DNA of 42,020 bases from Nanobdellota archaeon (GTDB lineage: Archaea; Nanobdellota; Nanobdellia; Parvarchaeales; Parvarchaeaceae): positions 1-42,020 of the forward strand of contig JAKAAW010000004.1 of assembly GCA_021802105.1 (NCBI GenBank), in the 5' to 3' direction. The notes beneath the pieces were generated by a model. It ran no database searches and was not told the origin of the DNA. It saw only the letters and a list, made by a program, of their open reading frames with translations. The stretch's first letter is position 1. Each line of letters starts with the position of its first letter. This document shows, piece by piece, positions 1-8,708 of the stretch. A program made the translations under genes and the position numbers.

Positions 1-21
1 ATCGAAGCGTACACCGATATT

Positions 22-543
22 ATGACAGATTTGGCAGAAACTATTTATTCATTTTTATCAGGAGATATCCCAAAGGGACTTCCAGAAGTTATAGCTTCAG
101 CAGGCACTATATATAGTTTGGATAGGAAGCAAGGATACGAAGGGGCATTCTGTGGCGAGTTCAATTATTTCATAACCAGATTGATACAAATAGTGCCTAA
201 AAAACTTGTCGAGGATAATGCATGGAAAAGCGAATTTAGGTACTGGGTATACGCTTTCACAGTTAGCGCATTGATGCTATCCAAGGAAAGGATGCAGAGT
301 TTGTTTAATAAAGAGAAAGGAAGCAAATTTGCGTGGGTCTATGGCTCTTTCGTCGGGGTGTTTGAGGATATAAAGGACGAATATAAAAGAAGAGTCAACA
401 CAGCATATGAAGCCTCCCAGATAAGCAGATCTGGAGACTGTTATGACACTCCCTTTCATACCGAACTAATCAGTGTGAAGGACAGAGACGGTTCGGTTAT
501 AGGATGGCAGGAAATAATGAAGGGCTTTGACTACGACAAATGA
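22..543 (+). CDS. Hypothetical protein (173 aa)
   Basis: Longest ORF in the interval; no recognisable motif. Confidence 0.6.
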   Translation: MTDLAETIYSFLSGDIPKGLPEVIASAGTIYSLDRKQGYEGAFCGEFNYFITRLIQIVPKKLVEDNAWKSEFRYWVYAFTVSALMLSKERMQSLFNKEKGSKFAWVYGSFVGVFEDIKDEYKRRVNTAYEASQISRSGDCYDTPFHTELISVKDRDGSVIGWQEIMKGFDYDK

Positions 544-587
544 CCAAATAGACAAAAGTATAAACAAATATTCCGTTTACCGTATAG

Positions 588-603
588 ACTAAGGTTTATA
601 AAG
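588..603 (+). promoter_or_regulatory. Putative BRE/TATA promoter of the rpl7ae operon (SD AGGAGGT at 636-642)
   Basis: AAGGTTTATAAA upstream of rpl7ae; a similar AAGGTTTATTTATA precedes tRNA-Tyr. Confidence 0.5.
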
Positions 604-652
604 GTATGTCATCAATACTTATAATAAAAAATATCAGGAGGTATTAGCAGAT

Positions 653-1006
653 ATGGTAGATGAAGCTGAGAGAAAAGATTTGGACAGTCAAGTATATTCG
701 GTTCTCGAAAGAATTCACGCAAAGTCAGGAAACATAAGGAAAGGAGTGAATGAAGCCACAAAAGCAATAGAGAGGTCCCAGGCAAAACTAGTGGTGTACG
801 CTGCGGACGTTTCACCTAAGGAGATAGTCATGCACTTACCGCTCCTATCAAAGGATAGGGGAGTACCATGCGTTGAAGTAAAGAGCAGAGCTGAGCTCGG
901 TAGGGCTGTAGGCATAGTGGTACCCACGTCTGCAGTAGCGGTTGTAGACGCTAGTGAAGAGGCCCACGCGTTAGAGGAGCTTGTAAGTAAGATAAAGAAC
1001 TTATGA
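653..1006 (+). CDS. rpl7ae: 50S ribosomal protein L7Ae
   Basis: [14 protein letters not shown]...[22 protein letters not shown]...ELGRAVG signature; strong SD. Confidence 0.97.
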   Translation: MVDEAERKDLDSQVYSVLERIHAKSGNIRKGVNEATKAIERSQAKLVVYAADVSPKEIVMHLPLLSKDRGVPCVEVKSRAELGRAVGIVVPTSAVAVVDASEEAHALEELVSKIKNL

Positions 1007-1275
1007 AAAAGACCGATCAAAAGAAAAAGGCAGGACCAGCTGCCGCTCAGAAAGTACCTGCAGAGATGAACGCCGGTTTCACAGGTTTCCCTTCGGAAGT
1101 CGTAGAGATAGTTGGAAGACATGGGGTTGCCGGAGAGGTTACTCAGGTGAAATGCAAGGTCTTGACGGGTCCTGATAAGGACAAGATAATAAGAAGGAAC
1201 GTGCGAGGGCCTGTTATTAAAGGAGACATACTCGTATTAAAAGAGACAGAGATGGAGGCTCTACCAATACGTTAA
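1003..1275 (+). CDS. rps28e: 30S ribosomal protein S28e
   Basis: [22 protein letters not shown]...[22 protein letters not shown]; canonical position after rpl7ae. Confidence 0.96.
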   Translation: MKKTDQKKKAGPAAAQKVPAEMNAGFTGFPSEVVEIVGRHGVAGEVTQVKCKVLTGPDKDKIIRRNVRGPVIKGDILVLKETEMEALPIR

Positions 1276-1278
1276 GTT

Positions 1279-1458
1279 ATGAAGTGCAATTTTTGCGGCA
1301 GCGATATAAAGAAAGGAACAGGGATCATGTACGTTAAAGTAGACGGAACAGTCCAGAATTTCTGCAGGAGGCGCTGTATGAAGTACTCTATAATCGGAAA
1401 GGACGTCCGAAAGATAAAATGGGTCTCAAAATCAATAAATAGTAGCGAGACTAAATAA
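1279..1458 (+). CDS. rpl24e: 50S ribosomal protein L24e (59 aa, not in ORF track)
   Basis: Manual translation MKCNFCGSDIKKGTGIMYVKVDGTVQNFCRRRCMK...RKIKWV; CxxC/FCxxxC TRASH zinc motif; canonical L7Ae-S28e-L24e order. Confidence 0.95.
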   Translation: MKCNFCGSDIKKGTGIMYVKVDGTVQNFCRRRCMKYSIIGKDVRKIKWVSKSINSSETK

Positions 1459-1462
1459 TCTG

Positions 1463-2269
1463 ATGAGCAATAAGAAAGGCATAAACGCTTTCCTAGAATT
1501 CATAATAGCTATAATCATTATTATCCCAGTCGTTTTCGTAGTTCTTGTGATATTCGTTTACGGTACAGGCAGCATCAAGTCCATAGTCCAATCCCCTCAG
1601 GCATATGTCAGTGATACTGCCGCAGCTCTCACAAGCGGCGAATCGGTTGTTGTGGGCTCCTTGGCCCCTTCTCTCAACAGCAATCAGTTCATGGCGCAGT
1701 TCTATGGCAGCACTTCATGTATCTCTATGCTCGACCAGCTGTCTAGAACAGGGGCGCTCACGGCACCGAGCAATCCAGCTACACTTTCGAATGGTTATTT
1801 CATATGTATGGGATCTTACAAAACCAACGATCTAGTGTCTCCAGGTTGGAGTTACCTGCCTGCGGCATCTTTCAATTCATCTTTTCCGGACTGGTTCTCG
1901 GCTGCGGCATATCTGAACGCAAGATCTAGCATTAACTCATCTGGAATAAACGGTTCCCATGGAACTCTGAGTTTTTTTGAAAACGTTCTGCCGAGCCAAG
2001 CTTTAGCCTCTTCGTGTAAATCTTTCCTTAATGCAACTACGACTATAGGGAAGAGTGAACCTTCTGCTTATATCTCTGCTCTAGACTGCGTGCCTATCCC
2101 TACAAAAAGTGGAACACCCATATTCCTCAGTGTTAACACAGGTTCGTGTACCAATGGATGTATAAATAATCCTGTAGCATTTCTGCACGGGTCGCCAGGG
2201 TCTATATCTCTTCAGAGTTGTACATACACAGGAGGAAGTTCATTAATATGTCAGTTTGATATAAGCTAA
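1463..2269 (+). CDS. Cys-rich surface protein with class III (prepilin-like) signal peptide
   Basis: MSNKKG|INAFLEF followed by a long hydrophobic helix; Ser/Thr/Asn/Cys-rich ectodomain. Confidence 0.75.
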   Translation: MSNKKGINAFLEFIIAIIIIIPVVFVVLVIFVYGTGSIKSIVQSPQAYVSDTAAALTSGESVVVGSLAPSLNSNQFMAQFYGSTSCISMLDQLSRTGALTAPSNPATLSNGYFICMGSYKTNDLVSPGWSYLPAASFNSSFPDWFSAAAYLNARSSINSSGINGSHGTLSFFENVLPSQALASSCKSFLNATTTIGKSEPSAYISALDCVPIPTKSGTPIFLSVNTGSCTNGCINNPVAFLHGSPGSISLQSCTYTGGSSLICQFDIS

Positions 2270-2270
2270 T

Positions 2271-3440
2271 ATGGAGATAACCTGGGAGGGAATATTAATG
2301 TTTCTTCTTATGGCAGTTATACTGGTCTTTGTGGTGCTGTCACTCTCAAATTTCTTCAAATCTCAGAGCTCTATCAACAGCTATAAACAGTTTGTATCGC
2401 TCGCAGGGGGTGCATGCACTTCCCCTCAATCTGCAACGAATCTGCAGTTCAACTCCCCTAATGCGATAGTATTCCAGATGTATGATAATTCGACTTGTGA
2501 CCCGATTCTGGCTGCCAACAAAAATACCATATTCTCTCAAAGTTATCCTTATTCAAGCTCTCTTAAGAATAATTTTGACCTTTGCTACGTTCTTCCGGGG
2601 CAGGCCATCAGCGGCAACAATATAGTTTCCTCCGGCCGTCAATACTATTTGAATTCCAGCCTTAGCATCATTAATGAATACTATCTAAAACCTATAGCGT
2701 CTACCTACAACAGCAAGAATGTAGTTTTCCTACCATACTCAGATCAGCTTGGCATGCCTGCACTACAGGTCACCGCCAACGGCGCCGACATAAAAGATAC
2801 GTCTATAGTATATTATGCGCTTAACGCTTCCAAGACAGCGACGTTTTCTCCAAACACTTATTCATTTGACTTTTACATCTATTCCAATATATCCGGCAGT
2901 GTGTATCTCGATTTCATAAACGCAGGCAACACATGCCAGAACATCCAGGAGACTTTATCCGCTGGTTACCCCCAGCATTTCACAATATCCCCTGCTTGCA
3001 ATACTGCGTTCCAGAACGTAAGTGTTGTGTTTGACACAGCAGGCAAGGCAATCCAGTACCAGATAAACATAAGCGCAACTCATTACTCTGGATACGCCAG
3101 CGGTTCAGATATAAGTGCCCTATCCCTTCAGTGTATGAACCTAGAGCCTGCGTTTATAGGCGGCCTACTTAAAAACCAGACTCTAGTGTGCCAACCACTA
3201 ACGTGCGGATCAACAACTTTCCAGCTTACTAACGCTGTCAACAGGCCGTTTCTAGGGCTAGTATCGGGAACTTATTCATTCTTTGAGATACAATCTGGTT
3301 TGTCATCCCTTCAGATAATAAACAACAACAATGAGTACATAACGAAAAACACTCTTATGGATCTCCTCTTCGCTAACGCTAAGCAGGTGCCTGGTTATCA
3401 TAATACATACATGTGCGCACGGTTCGGAATAGACTGCTGA
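2271..3440 (+). CDS. Cys-rich membrane-anchored surface protein, probable paralog of the upstream gene
   Basis: N-terminal TM helix; many N-x-S/T sequons; Cys-centred blocks resemble 1463..2269. Confidence 0.75.
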   Translation: MEITWEGILMFLLMAVILVFVVLSLSNFFKSQSSINSYKQFVSLAGGACTSPQSATNLQFNSPNAIVFQMYDNSTCDPILAANKNTIFSQSYPYSSSLKNNFDLCYVLPGQAISGNNIVSSGRQYYLNSSLSIINEYYLKPIASTYNSKNVVFLPYSDQLGMPALQVTANGADIKDTSIVYYALNASKTATFSPNTYSFDFYIYSNISGSVYLDFINAGNTCQNIQETLSAGYPQHFTISPACNTAFQNVSVVFDTAGKAIQYQINISATHYSGYASGSDISALSLQCMNLEPAFIGGLLKNQTLVCQPLTCGSTTFQLTNAVNRPFLGLVSGTYSFFEIQSGLSSLQIINNNNEYITKNTLMDLLFANAKQVPGYHNTYMCARFGIDC

Positions 3441-3548
3441 CTGCGAGCGCCGATGATCAAAAAATATTAAATACACACAATGAGTCCATAATATTATAAA
3501 ATAAGCGTCCGGCATAGCGCGATCTTATTATTATGCTGTTGGTGAATT

Positions 3549-3827
3549 ATGGCAAAAGTTACAGTTACAATATGTGACATGTGTAAGCAGAGAATAGCTA
3601 CCAAGACTTGTCCGGTATGCGGCAAAGATCTGTGTGAAGCTGATACTAAATCGTTCTCTGTTGACGTTGGATTACGGTTTGGTCCAAGGGTAGAAGTTTA
3701 CCACGGTTACATGTGCGATGGGGATTACAAGAAGCTGGAAACAAATCTGGGAAAGACCCTCGGAAAAATAGGAGAAAAGATAAAACAAGAGATAGATGGG
3801 GTAATCTCCGAGAGCGTAGCGCAGTAA
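3549..3827 (+). CDS. Small zinc-finger protein (B-box-like)
   Basis: CDMC-x7-CPVC-x4-C...H-x3-C pattern. Confidence 0.7.
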   Translation: MAKVTVTICDMCKQRIATKTCPVCGKDLCEADTKSFSVDVGLRFGPRVEVYHGYMCDGDYKKLETNLGKTLGKIGEKIKQEIDGVISESVAQ

Positions 3828-3876
3828 ATCACCATAGAAAGGTTTATTTATAGGTTCGCAGCTTATGATATTTTAT

Positions 3877-3990
3877 CCACCTGTAGCCCAATGGTAGAGC
3901 GACCGGCTGTAGATATAACTAAGTGCTATTTTATTAGTGCGATGAGGAGCGGCGACCGGTAGGTTGGGGGTTCAAATCCGCCCAGGTGGA
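3877..3990 (+). tRNA. tRNA-Tyr (GTA) with 42-nt intron at canonical 37/38 (intron 3913-3954)
   Basis: Acceptor CCACCTG/CAGGTGG+A (C1-G72, A73 archaeal Tyr identity); anticodon stem ACCGG/CCGGT, GTA at 3909-3911; T loop TTCAAAT; BHB-like junction; CCA not encoded. Confidence 0.95.
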
Positions 3991-4059
3991 TATTCTTATT
4001 TCTAATACCTCTGCAAGTATACCACTTAATTATATAAGTAGTACACAACAATAATTAAA

Positions 4060-4656
4060 ATGGTTATGCAGAGTGTTCTGATATGCGTGCATGGGTATAC
4101 TAGGGCGCCGAAAGTCCTGCATAGACCTTGGGAAGATGTGATGCTGGACAGGCTAACTGCCGCATACAAACTTTCTGAGTTCCTTCACAGTGCGAACGTG
4201 ACAAGCTACCTTATACTTTCAGGGGGAGTCGTCTCAAATGGCGAGGTGGAAGCAGATAAGATATATGAGTTCGCGAAAAGAAAACTCCCAGGGCTGTTCG
4301 AACTTGTAACAGATGTCATACTTGAGAGAGAATCCAAGAACACCCAGGAAAACGTTGATGAGATAATAAAATGGGCAAAGAAGAAGAACGCTGCTATCAT
4401 CGCTGTCAGCAGCAAAGATCACGCTCCGAGAATAGCAAAGGACTGGGCTTATGATAAGAACAGGAAGGGGCATCTGATAATGATAGCCCCTTCAGAGGAA
4501 TCCTATAGTGAGTCTGGCTCTATGGATTCGCCGATAATAATAGAACCTCCTTTTTGGGCGTATGAGAGTCTTAAAGACATATTTAACGTCCCTGCTAATA
4601 AGGTAGAAGAGGTGAAAAGGAAAATAGCTGAGATAATAGGCACAGCGATGGAGTAG
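4060..4656 (+). CDS. YdcF/ElyC/SanA (DUF218) family protein
   Basis: LILSGG...EAD...LERESKNTQEN...VSSKDHAPR motifs. Confidence 0.8.
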   Translation: MVMQSVLICVHGYTRAPKVLHRPWEDVMLDRLTAAYKLSEFLHSANVTSYLILSGGVVSNGEVEADKIYEFAKRKLPGLFELVTDVILERESKNTQENVDEIIKWAKKKNAAIIAVSSKDHAPRIAKDWAYDKNRKGHLIMIAPSEESYSESGSMDSPIIIEPPFWAYESLKDIFNVPANKVEEVKRKIAEIIGTAME

Positions 4657-4657
4657 T

Positions 4658-5677
4658 ATGGATACAGACAGTAAGTTTAATTTGATAAAAAGAAACACGT
4701 CAGAGATAATAACCGAAGACGATCTTAAAAAACTATTATCTGAGAAGAAAGAAATCTCCGCTTATGCGGGCAGGGCACCCACTGGAGCTCTGCATGTAGG
4801 ACACCTTGTCACTTTTGGCAAGCTGCTTGATTTCCAAAAAGCTGGCGTGAAGGTCAAGATACTCATAGCCGATATACACGCTGCTCTGGATGATTTGAAA
4901 TCAAAATGGGAAGACCTCGATAAGAGAGTAGAATATACACAGAAGTGCATGGAGCTGTCCTTTGACTGGAAAGAGAAGCCTGAGTTCATAAGGGGTTCAA
5001 GTTTTGAATTTGGCAGGAACTATATGAATGATGTACTGAAGATATCGACCATAGCTACAGTGGATAGGGCGACTAGAGCGGCATCAGAGGTAACAAGAAT
5101 GAAGAACCCGAAAGTGAGCGAACTTGTCTACCCAATAATGCAGGCAGTTGATGAGCAGTATCTAGACATTGACATCCAGCTCGGTTCGATGGATCAAAGG
5201 CATATATTTGTATTCGCAAGGGAATATCTCCCGCAGATAGGTTACAGGAAAAGAGTAGAGGTGATGGTTCCTTTCATTACATCGCTTCTCGGTCCAGGAT
5301 CGAAGATGAGCTCATCCATACCGGAGAGTCACATAAAAGTTTACGATTCAGAGGATGTTATAAGGAGAAAAATAAGCAAGGCTTATTGCCCTGCAGGTAT
5401 AACCAAAGACAATTTTGTAATAGATATAGTCAAATACGTGATTTTACCATCCGACGACAAATTCAAGCTGGAACGGGATAATAAGTTCGGTGGGGATTTA
5501 GAGATAACTTCCGCTGAAGAACTTGAGAGGCAGTACACTGATAAAAAGATACATCCTGAAGATCTGAAGAAATCAGTCGCCATATACCTTGTCAAGAGGC
5601 TGGAGCGCGTTAGGAGCTACTTCGAAGGAAGGCAGGACTTTCTGAATGAACTTGGAGAAGAGTTCCTCTCTAAATAA
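4658..5677 (+). CDS. tyrS: Tyrosyl-tRNA synthetase (archaeal type)
   Basis: AYAGRAPTGALHVGH (HIGH), YPIMQAVD, GSMDQR, KMSSS. Confidence 0.96.
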   Translation: MDTDSKFNLIKRNTSEIITEDDLKKLLSEKKEISAYAGRAPTGALHVGHLVTFGKLLDFQKAGVKVKILIADIHAALDDLKSKWEDLDKRVEYTQKCMELSFDWKEKPEFIRGSSFEFGRNYMNDVLKISTIATVDRATRAASEVTRMKNPKVSELVYPIMQAVDEQYLDIDIQLGSMDQRHIFVFAREYLPQIGYRKRVEVMVPFITSLLGPGSKMSSSIPESHIKVYDSEDVIRRKISKAYCPAGITKDNFVIDIVKYVILPSDDKFKLERDNKFGGDLEITSAEELERQYTDKKIHPEDLKKSVAIYLVKRLERVRSYFEGRQDFLNELGEEFLSK

Positions 5678-5742
5678 ATACTCAAAAAGCCGCTAGAGAA
5701 AAAACATACATATTTAAACTAAATTACTTCTATAATACAAAT

Positions 5743-6153
5743 ATGAAAATACGGGCTATAAAACAAAAACAGAAGGCTCTGCAAAAAGAGATACAGAGGC
5801 CGATGGTGGGAACTCACGTTTTTGGGAATCTTTATGGGGTGGATTCAGCTTTATTAAAAGATCTTGCAGCAACAAAAGAAATAATAAAGAAGGCTTCTGA
5901 GCTGGGCAACCTCCATATAATAGACATAATGGAGAGGCAGTTCAACGTAATCAATTCCCCCGATTTAGGAGGAGTATCGGTAATAGCCCTGCTAGTCGAG
6001 AGTCACATAGCGGTGCACACATGGCCTGAGAGCAACTACGTCACTGTCGATATATACTCATGCGGGGAGGAAAGTAGACCGGAAACGACATTTGATTACA
6101 TCGTGTCAAAATTCAATCCAGCTGATGTTGAAAAGTTCGAGACTAAACGATAA
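5743..6153 (+). CDS. speD: Pyruvoyl-dependent S-adenosylmethionine decarboxylase family proenzyme (class 1B; could be an arginine decarboxylase)
   Basis: GGVSVIALLVE|SHIAVHTWPE...VDIYSCG self-cleavage signature. Confidence 0.85.
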   Translation: MKIRAIKQKQKALQKEIQRPMVGTHVFGNLYGVDSALLKDLAATKEIIKKASELGNLHIIDIMERQFNVINSPDLGGVSVIALLVESHIAVHTWPESNYVTVDIYSCGEESRPETTFDYIVSKFNPADVEKFETKR

Positions 6154-6154
6154 A

Positions 6155-7840
6155 TTATCTACTGATGTATACAAAAGTCTCAGTGTCTTTATTGTCTAAT
6201 ATACAGAAACCAAACCTCTCGAATTGTATCGTTTCTCCTTCTTTGAGGGTGGTTATCCCTCCCTCTGCTATTCCGCTTACGGTCATGAGACTGTTTTCAT
6301 TAAAAGATCCGTCCTCATTTAGAAGATTTCCAACAACAAGAATCTTTACCGGAAGGTTATCTTTGGTGACCCACTGTACTATTCTCTCTCCACCAATCAT
6401 CTTATCGGACACGAAATCCGCGCGTATCCCTTCCTTACCAGGGTCGTTTATCCTGACTGTATAAAGATCTTTTAGCCTTAACAGGTCCCCTTTCTTTAGC
6501 ACAGCAGCGTCTTTGCCGTCGATTATAAAATTACCGTCCGTTCTTACGACTCTGAAGCCTAGGTCAACTGATGGGTGGGAAGGTATCTTCGCTTCTTTCT
6601 CCCCCGCGCCATTAACAGTAAGACTCTGCGGATTCGAAACGAAAAAGAAGCGCTTCGACTTGTCATCTATTATCCTTCTGTTAGGGGTGAGCAGTGTGTC
6701 CCATTCATACTCGTGTTTGGACTCGGAATAACCCACTGTCAGCGCAAATTGCTTTATAGCTTCAGGTGTTATGCCCCTCCTTCTGATTGATGAGACTGTC
6801 GGTAATCTTATATCATCCCATCCGCTTATTTGCCCCTTTTCTATAAGCTCCCTTAATTTCCTCTTTGAGAAGGGAGTGCCCGTGAAATTGAATCTTGAGA
6901 ACTGCACTATATTCAATTTTTTGAGTCCTAGAACATCACGGAGCTTGTCCTGGAACGATACTTTGAATTCGTTGCTACGCAGGACGTGTGTTATCCCGCA
7001 CATGTCATCCTCGACAACGCTGGCAAAATCATATATCGGCCATAGACTATACGATTTGTAGTCAGTTTTTATGATTCTAAATAGATTGGGGTCTCTTAAG
7101 GAAAAATCCTTGTCTTTCATGTTCCCTTTGAATCTTATGACAGCTTCCCCTGGCTTCATTTCACCGTTTATCACGAAATTCCACATATGCCTGTTTTCTT
7201 CGACAGTATGTCCTCTGTGTTCGCATTCTTCTCCATTGAGACGCCCACTCTTTATTTTCTCCAGTGAGCAGGTACATACATAGGCAAGATTTTCATTTAT
7301 CATTTTCTCACCGATCTCGTACATCCTAGTCATGTCCGAGCTTATGAATTTTTCCTCATCCCAAGTTATACCCAACCATTTGTAACCTTCTCTGAACGAA
7401 TCTGCAAATCTTTTCTCTACTTTATTCGGGTTAGTATCCTCAAACCTTAACCACAGTTTCCCGCCATATTTTTCCTTGTACAGGTAGTTTATCATACCCG
7501 CGATTGCGTGCCCAAGGTGCATGAATCCAGAAGGTTCTGGTGGGAGTCTTAGGACTACTTCTCCTTTGACGTTTGGTAAATCCTTAAGCCCAGCCTCTTT
7601 TACAAATTTCTTCTTTTCAGTATCAAGACCCAACAGTGTAGCCTCTGCTTGCTGTCTTTCTATGCTCAGTGCATTAACTTCAGAAACTATCCTTGATATC
7701 GTCTTTTTCGACTCTTTTACATCTGAAAGGATAGATTTGTCCGTACCGGCAAGTCTTGAGAAGACAGCAGAGTCACTAGCTTTTCCCTCATGCTCTATTG
7801 CGTTCTTCAGGGCGGCTTTTCTTACGTTAGCATCCTCCAT
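6155..7840 (-). CDS. gltX: Glutamyl-tRNA synthetase (archaeal)
   Basis: RLPPEPSGFMHLGHA, RFEDTNP, THVLRSNEF, FSKRK, WDDIRLPT, QFERFGF. Confidence 0.96.
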   Translation of the reverse strand: MEDANVRKAALKNAIEHEGKASDSAVFSRLAGTDKSILSDVKESKKTISRIVSEVNALSIERQQAEATLLGLDTEKKKFVKEAGLKDLPNVKGEVVLRLPPEPSGFMHLGHAIAGMINYLYKEKYGGKLWLRFEDTNPNKVEKRFADSFREGYKWLGITWDEEKFISSDMTRMYEIGEKMINENLAYVCTCSLEKIKSGRLNGEECEHRGHTVEENRHMWNFVINGEMKPGEAVIRFKGNMKDKDFSLRDPNLFRIIKTDYKSYSLWPIYDFASVVEDDMCGITHVLRSNEFKVSFQDKLRDVLGLKKLNIVQFSRFNFTGTPFSKRKLRELIEKGQISGWDDIRLPTVSSIRRRGITPEAIKQFALTVGYSESKHEYEWDTLLTPNRRIIDDKSKRFFFVSNPQSLTVNGAGEKEAKIPSHPSVDLGFRVVRTDGNFIIDGKDAAVLKKGDLLRLKDLYTVRINDPGKEGIRADFVSDKMIGGERIVQWVTKDNLPVKILVVGNLLNEDGSFNENSLMTVSGIAEGGITTLKEGETIQFERFGFCILDNKDTETFVYISR

Positions 7841-7968
7841 ACTTATTCTATAAGGTTTTTATTTATATGCTAAAAAAGACACCCAAAATGCCGCTGGAAC
7901 GGTTATAGACACGTTTTTAAATAGCGGACTGTTAAATCATATATATAAAAAGTAAGAGGTGGTACCAA

Positions 7969-8148
7969 ATGGCAGACTTCATAAGGAAGAGCTTAGTAAA
8001 AGCAGAAGTCAAGAAGGTCGGAAAGGGAATGAGATGCCCTGATGACTCTGTTGAGGGTCTTGATAAACACGTCAAGATGATCATCGAGAAGGCAGTCGCA
8101 AGAGCGAAGGCTGACGGAAGAAAGACCGTTAAAGCTCACGACTTCTGA
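7969..8148 (+). CDS. Short archaeal histone-fold protein lacking helix alpha3 (59 aa, not in ORF track)
   Basis: MADFIRKSLVKAEVKKVGKGMRCPDDSVEGLDKHVKMIIEKAVARAKADGRKTVKAHDF; RKTVxxxD L2 motif; SD GAGGTGG at 7956-7962; oligo-T tail. Confidence 0.9.
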   Translation: MADFIRKSLVKAEVKKVGKGMRCPDDSVEGLDKHVKMIIEKAVARAKADGRKTVKAHDF

Positions 8149-8157
8149 AAAATAGCA

Positions 8158-8182
8158 TTTTTTATTTTTTTATTTTTATTTT
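8158..8182 (+). terminator. Oligo-T terminator after the histone gene
   Basis: Successive T runs immediately after the stop codon. Confidence 0.6.
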
Positions 8183-8228
8183 AAATTGATAATAGTAAGT
8201 TTTTATTCTCAGTATTCATTATACCTAT

Positions 8229-8687
8229 ATGGTTAATATAGCCCTGATATCCGGAATCATAATAATAGCTATAGCACTTATAACATTGGTGCGTGTGATA
8301 AAACCGTTGCTCGAAGCGCTTATAATCATAGCAGTAGTGATGGCAGGAACGGTATTAGTATTCCATTCGGTACCTATCATCGGATTACCAAACTTCAATA
8401 TACCAATAAGTATCGGACCAAATATAATGGGGGCGAATCCGGGATACGACAACACCACAGACATAGCAGTCTTCAATGCGTATACATTTAACCTTGGCGG
8501 ATTCACGGCCACACTAAATGGAAAACCCGTTGCTATACTAAATAATGCTACATCCATCTCCGCGATAAAATTCGGTGTCCTCGTACTTAATTCATCTGCT
8601 AGTGGGACAATAAAGATAAGCGGCTCTACACAGCTTTTCGGATTTAACCTTGGAAGCATGACTGCGGCTTACAATTACACAGGGTAA
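8229..8687 (+). CDS. Membrane protein, two N-terminal TM helices and a small extracellular beta-rich domain
   Basis: Hydrophobic N-terminus; N-x-T sequons. Confidence 0.65.
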   Translation: MVNIALISGIIIIAIALITLVRVIKPLLEALIIIAVVMAGTVLVFHSVPIIGLPNFNIPISIGPNIMGANPGYDNTTDIAVFNAYTFNLGGFTATLNGKPVAILNNATSISAIKFGVLVLNSSASGTIKISGSTQLFGFNLGSMTAAYNYTG

Positions 8688-8708
8688 CTGCCTATAAAGA
8701 TATGGTGC

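Noticed and set aside
630-670. Possible K-turn for L7Ae autoregulation (TCAG...GATGAAGCTGA)
   Set aside because: Could not build a convincing tandem G-A/A-G stem by eye.
3913-3954. C/D box guide RNA inside the tRNA intron
   Set aside because: GATGA is present but there is no CTGA D box, and the intron is short.
8225-8659. 144-aa antisense ORF, and similar shadow ORFs across the window (e.g. 40370..40981, 33820..34536, 39174..39803)
   Set aside because: Antisense to well-supported genes, with no motifs of their own.
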